Assembly: GCA_045837725.1 (NCBI GenBank)
Contig: JBEWZL010000043.1
Coordinates: forward strand, 62,001 to 126,000
Direction: 5' to 3'
DNA: 64,000 nucleotides
DNA from: Vermamoeba vermiformis
Lineage: Eukaryota
The first letter of the stretch is position 1; each line of letters starts with the position of its first letter. Position numbers and translations under genes: made by a program. The notes under the pieces are model-generated. The model had not been told where the DNA came from. It made no database searches and saw only the letters and a list, made by a program, of their open reading frames with translations. Shown here in pieces: positions 63,476-64,000 of this stretch.

Positions 63476-64000
63476 ATGATCCAAAAACTCTTATTGGCGT
63501 TGTGTATTTGCGCAACGTTATTTTGTGCAGCTGATTCACGGTTGATAATCTTGTCCCCTGAAGAGTTTGCAGCAGACTATGAGACCGCCCAGATATTCTT
63601 TCGAGGTAATACTTTGTCTCGCGTATCAAGCTTTACTAGCTGTAGCTAATGACCAATGATAGATACATTAGTCTTTGAACCTATTAACGGCACGATGGTG
63701 TTAGTTCCACGAGGATTTGAGGATCAAGTCGACGTGCAAGGCAAGATCGCGTTAGTCTCTATACGCTTACCTCACGAGCAAACAATTCGAAACTTGCAGA
63801 ATCGAGGAGCCATCGCCGTTGTTATGGGTGGCTTTACAGGTCAGTTGGTCTTACTGCATCACATCCGTAAAACGAGTTTGACCAAGTTTGACTAACACGC
63901 GGAACAACTCTTCAGGTGTGCCAGGATTTGTGATGTATACTGGCGACAATGGAAATACTTCTGACATAGTTATCCCTATGGTAGAGCTAGCCGATGAGAA
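63476..64000 (+). CDS. Secreted/membrane PA-domain protein, 3' end outside window
   Basis: Signal peptide; DVQGKIALV...QNRGAIAVVM...IVIPMVEL pattern of the protease-associated domain. Confidence 0.7.

Noticed and set aside
1-64000. CRISPR arrays, rRNA genes, transposase or reverse transcriptase ORFs
   Set aside because: None recognisable by eye.

Overview
Gene-dense, AT-rich eukaryotic DNA with many short GT-AG introns and poly-Asn tracts; probably an amoebozoan or similar protist (inference). About 30 protein-coding loci can be read. Recognisable genes: two tandem NAD-dependent epimerases, a rhomboid protease, TMEM184 with a PH domain, SHPRH, an ammonium transporter, a PAP2 phosphatase, a YFH7-like kinase, ZMAT5, two F-box proteins, a SUV39-type SET methyltransferase, an M28 peptidase, a Cys deiodinase homolog, DCAF12, a reductase, an atypical Rho GTPase, TUL1, a RasGEF, a three-copy orphan family and an intronless copper amine oxidase. 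The top candidate novel system lies at 6116-8471: a MYRF-like type II membrane protein with a putative Ig-fold DNA-binding domain and NLS, a peptidase-S74 autocleaving chaperone, a TM helix and an LRR receptor-like ectodomain, with a decayed paralog remnant just upstream. Also seen: a U12 AT-AC intron, recurrent intronic TGACACGTGTCA palindromes and intronic GATC clusters. Many single-base indels in otherwise intact genes look like long-read consensus errors. All calls are from manual motif reading; no database searches were run.
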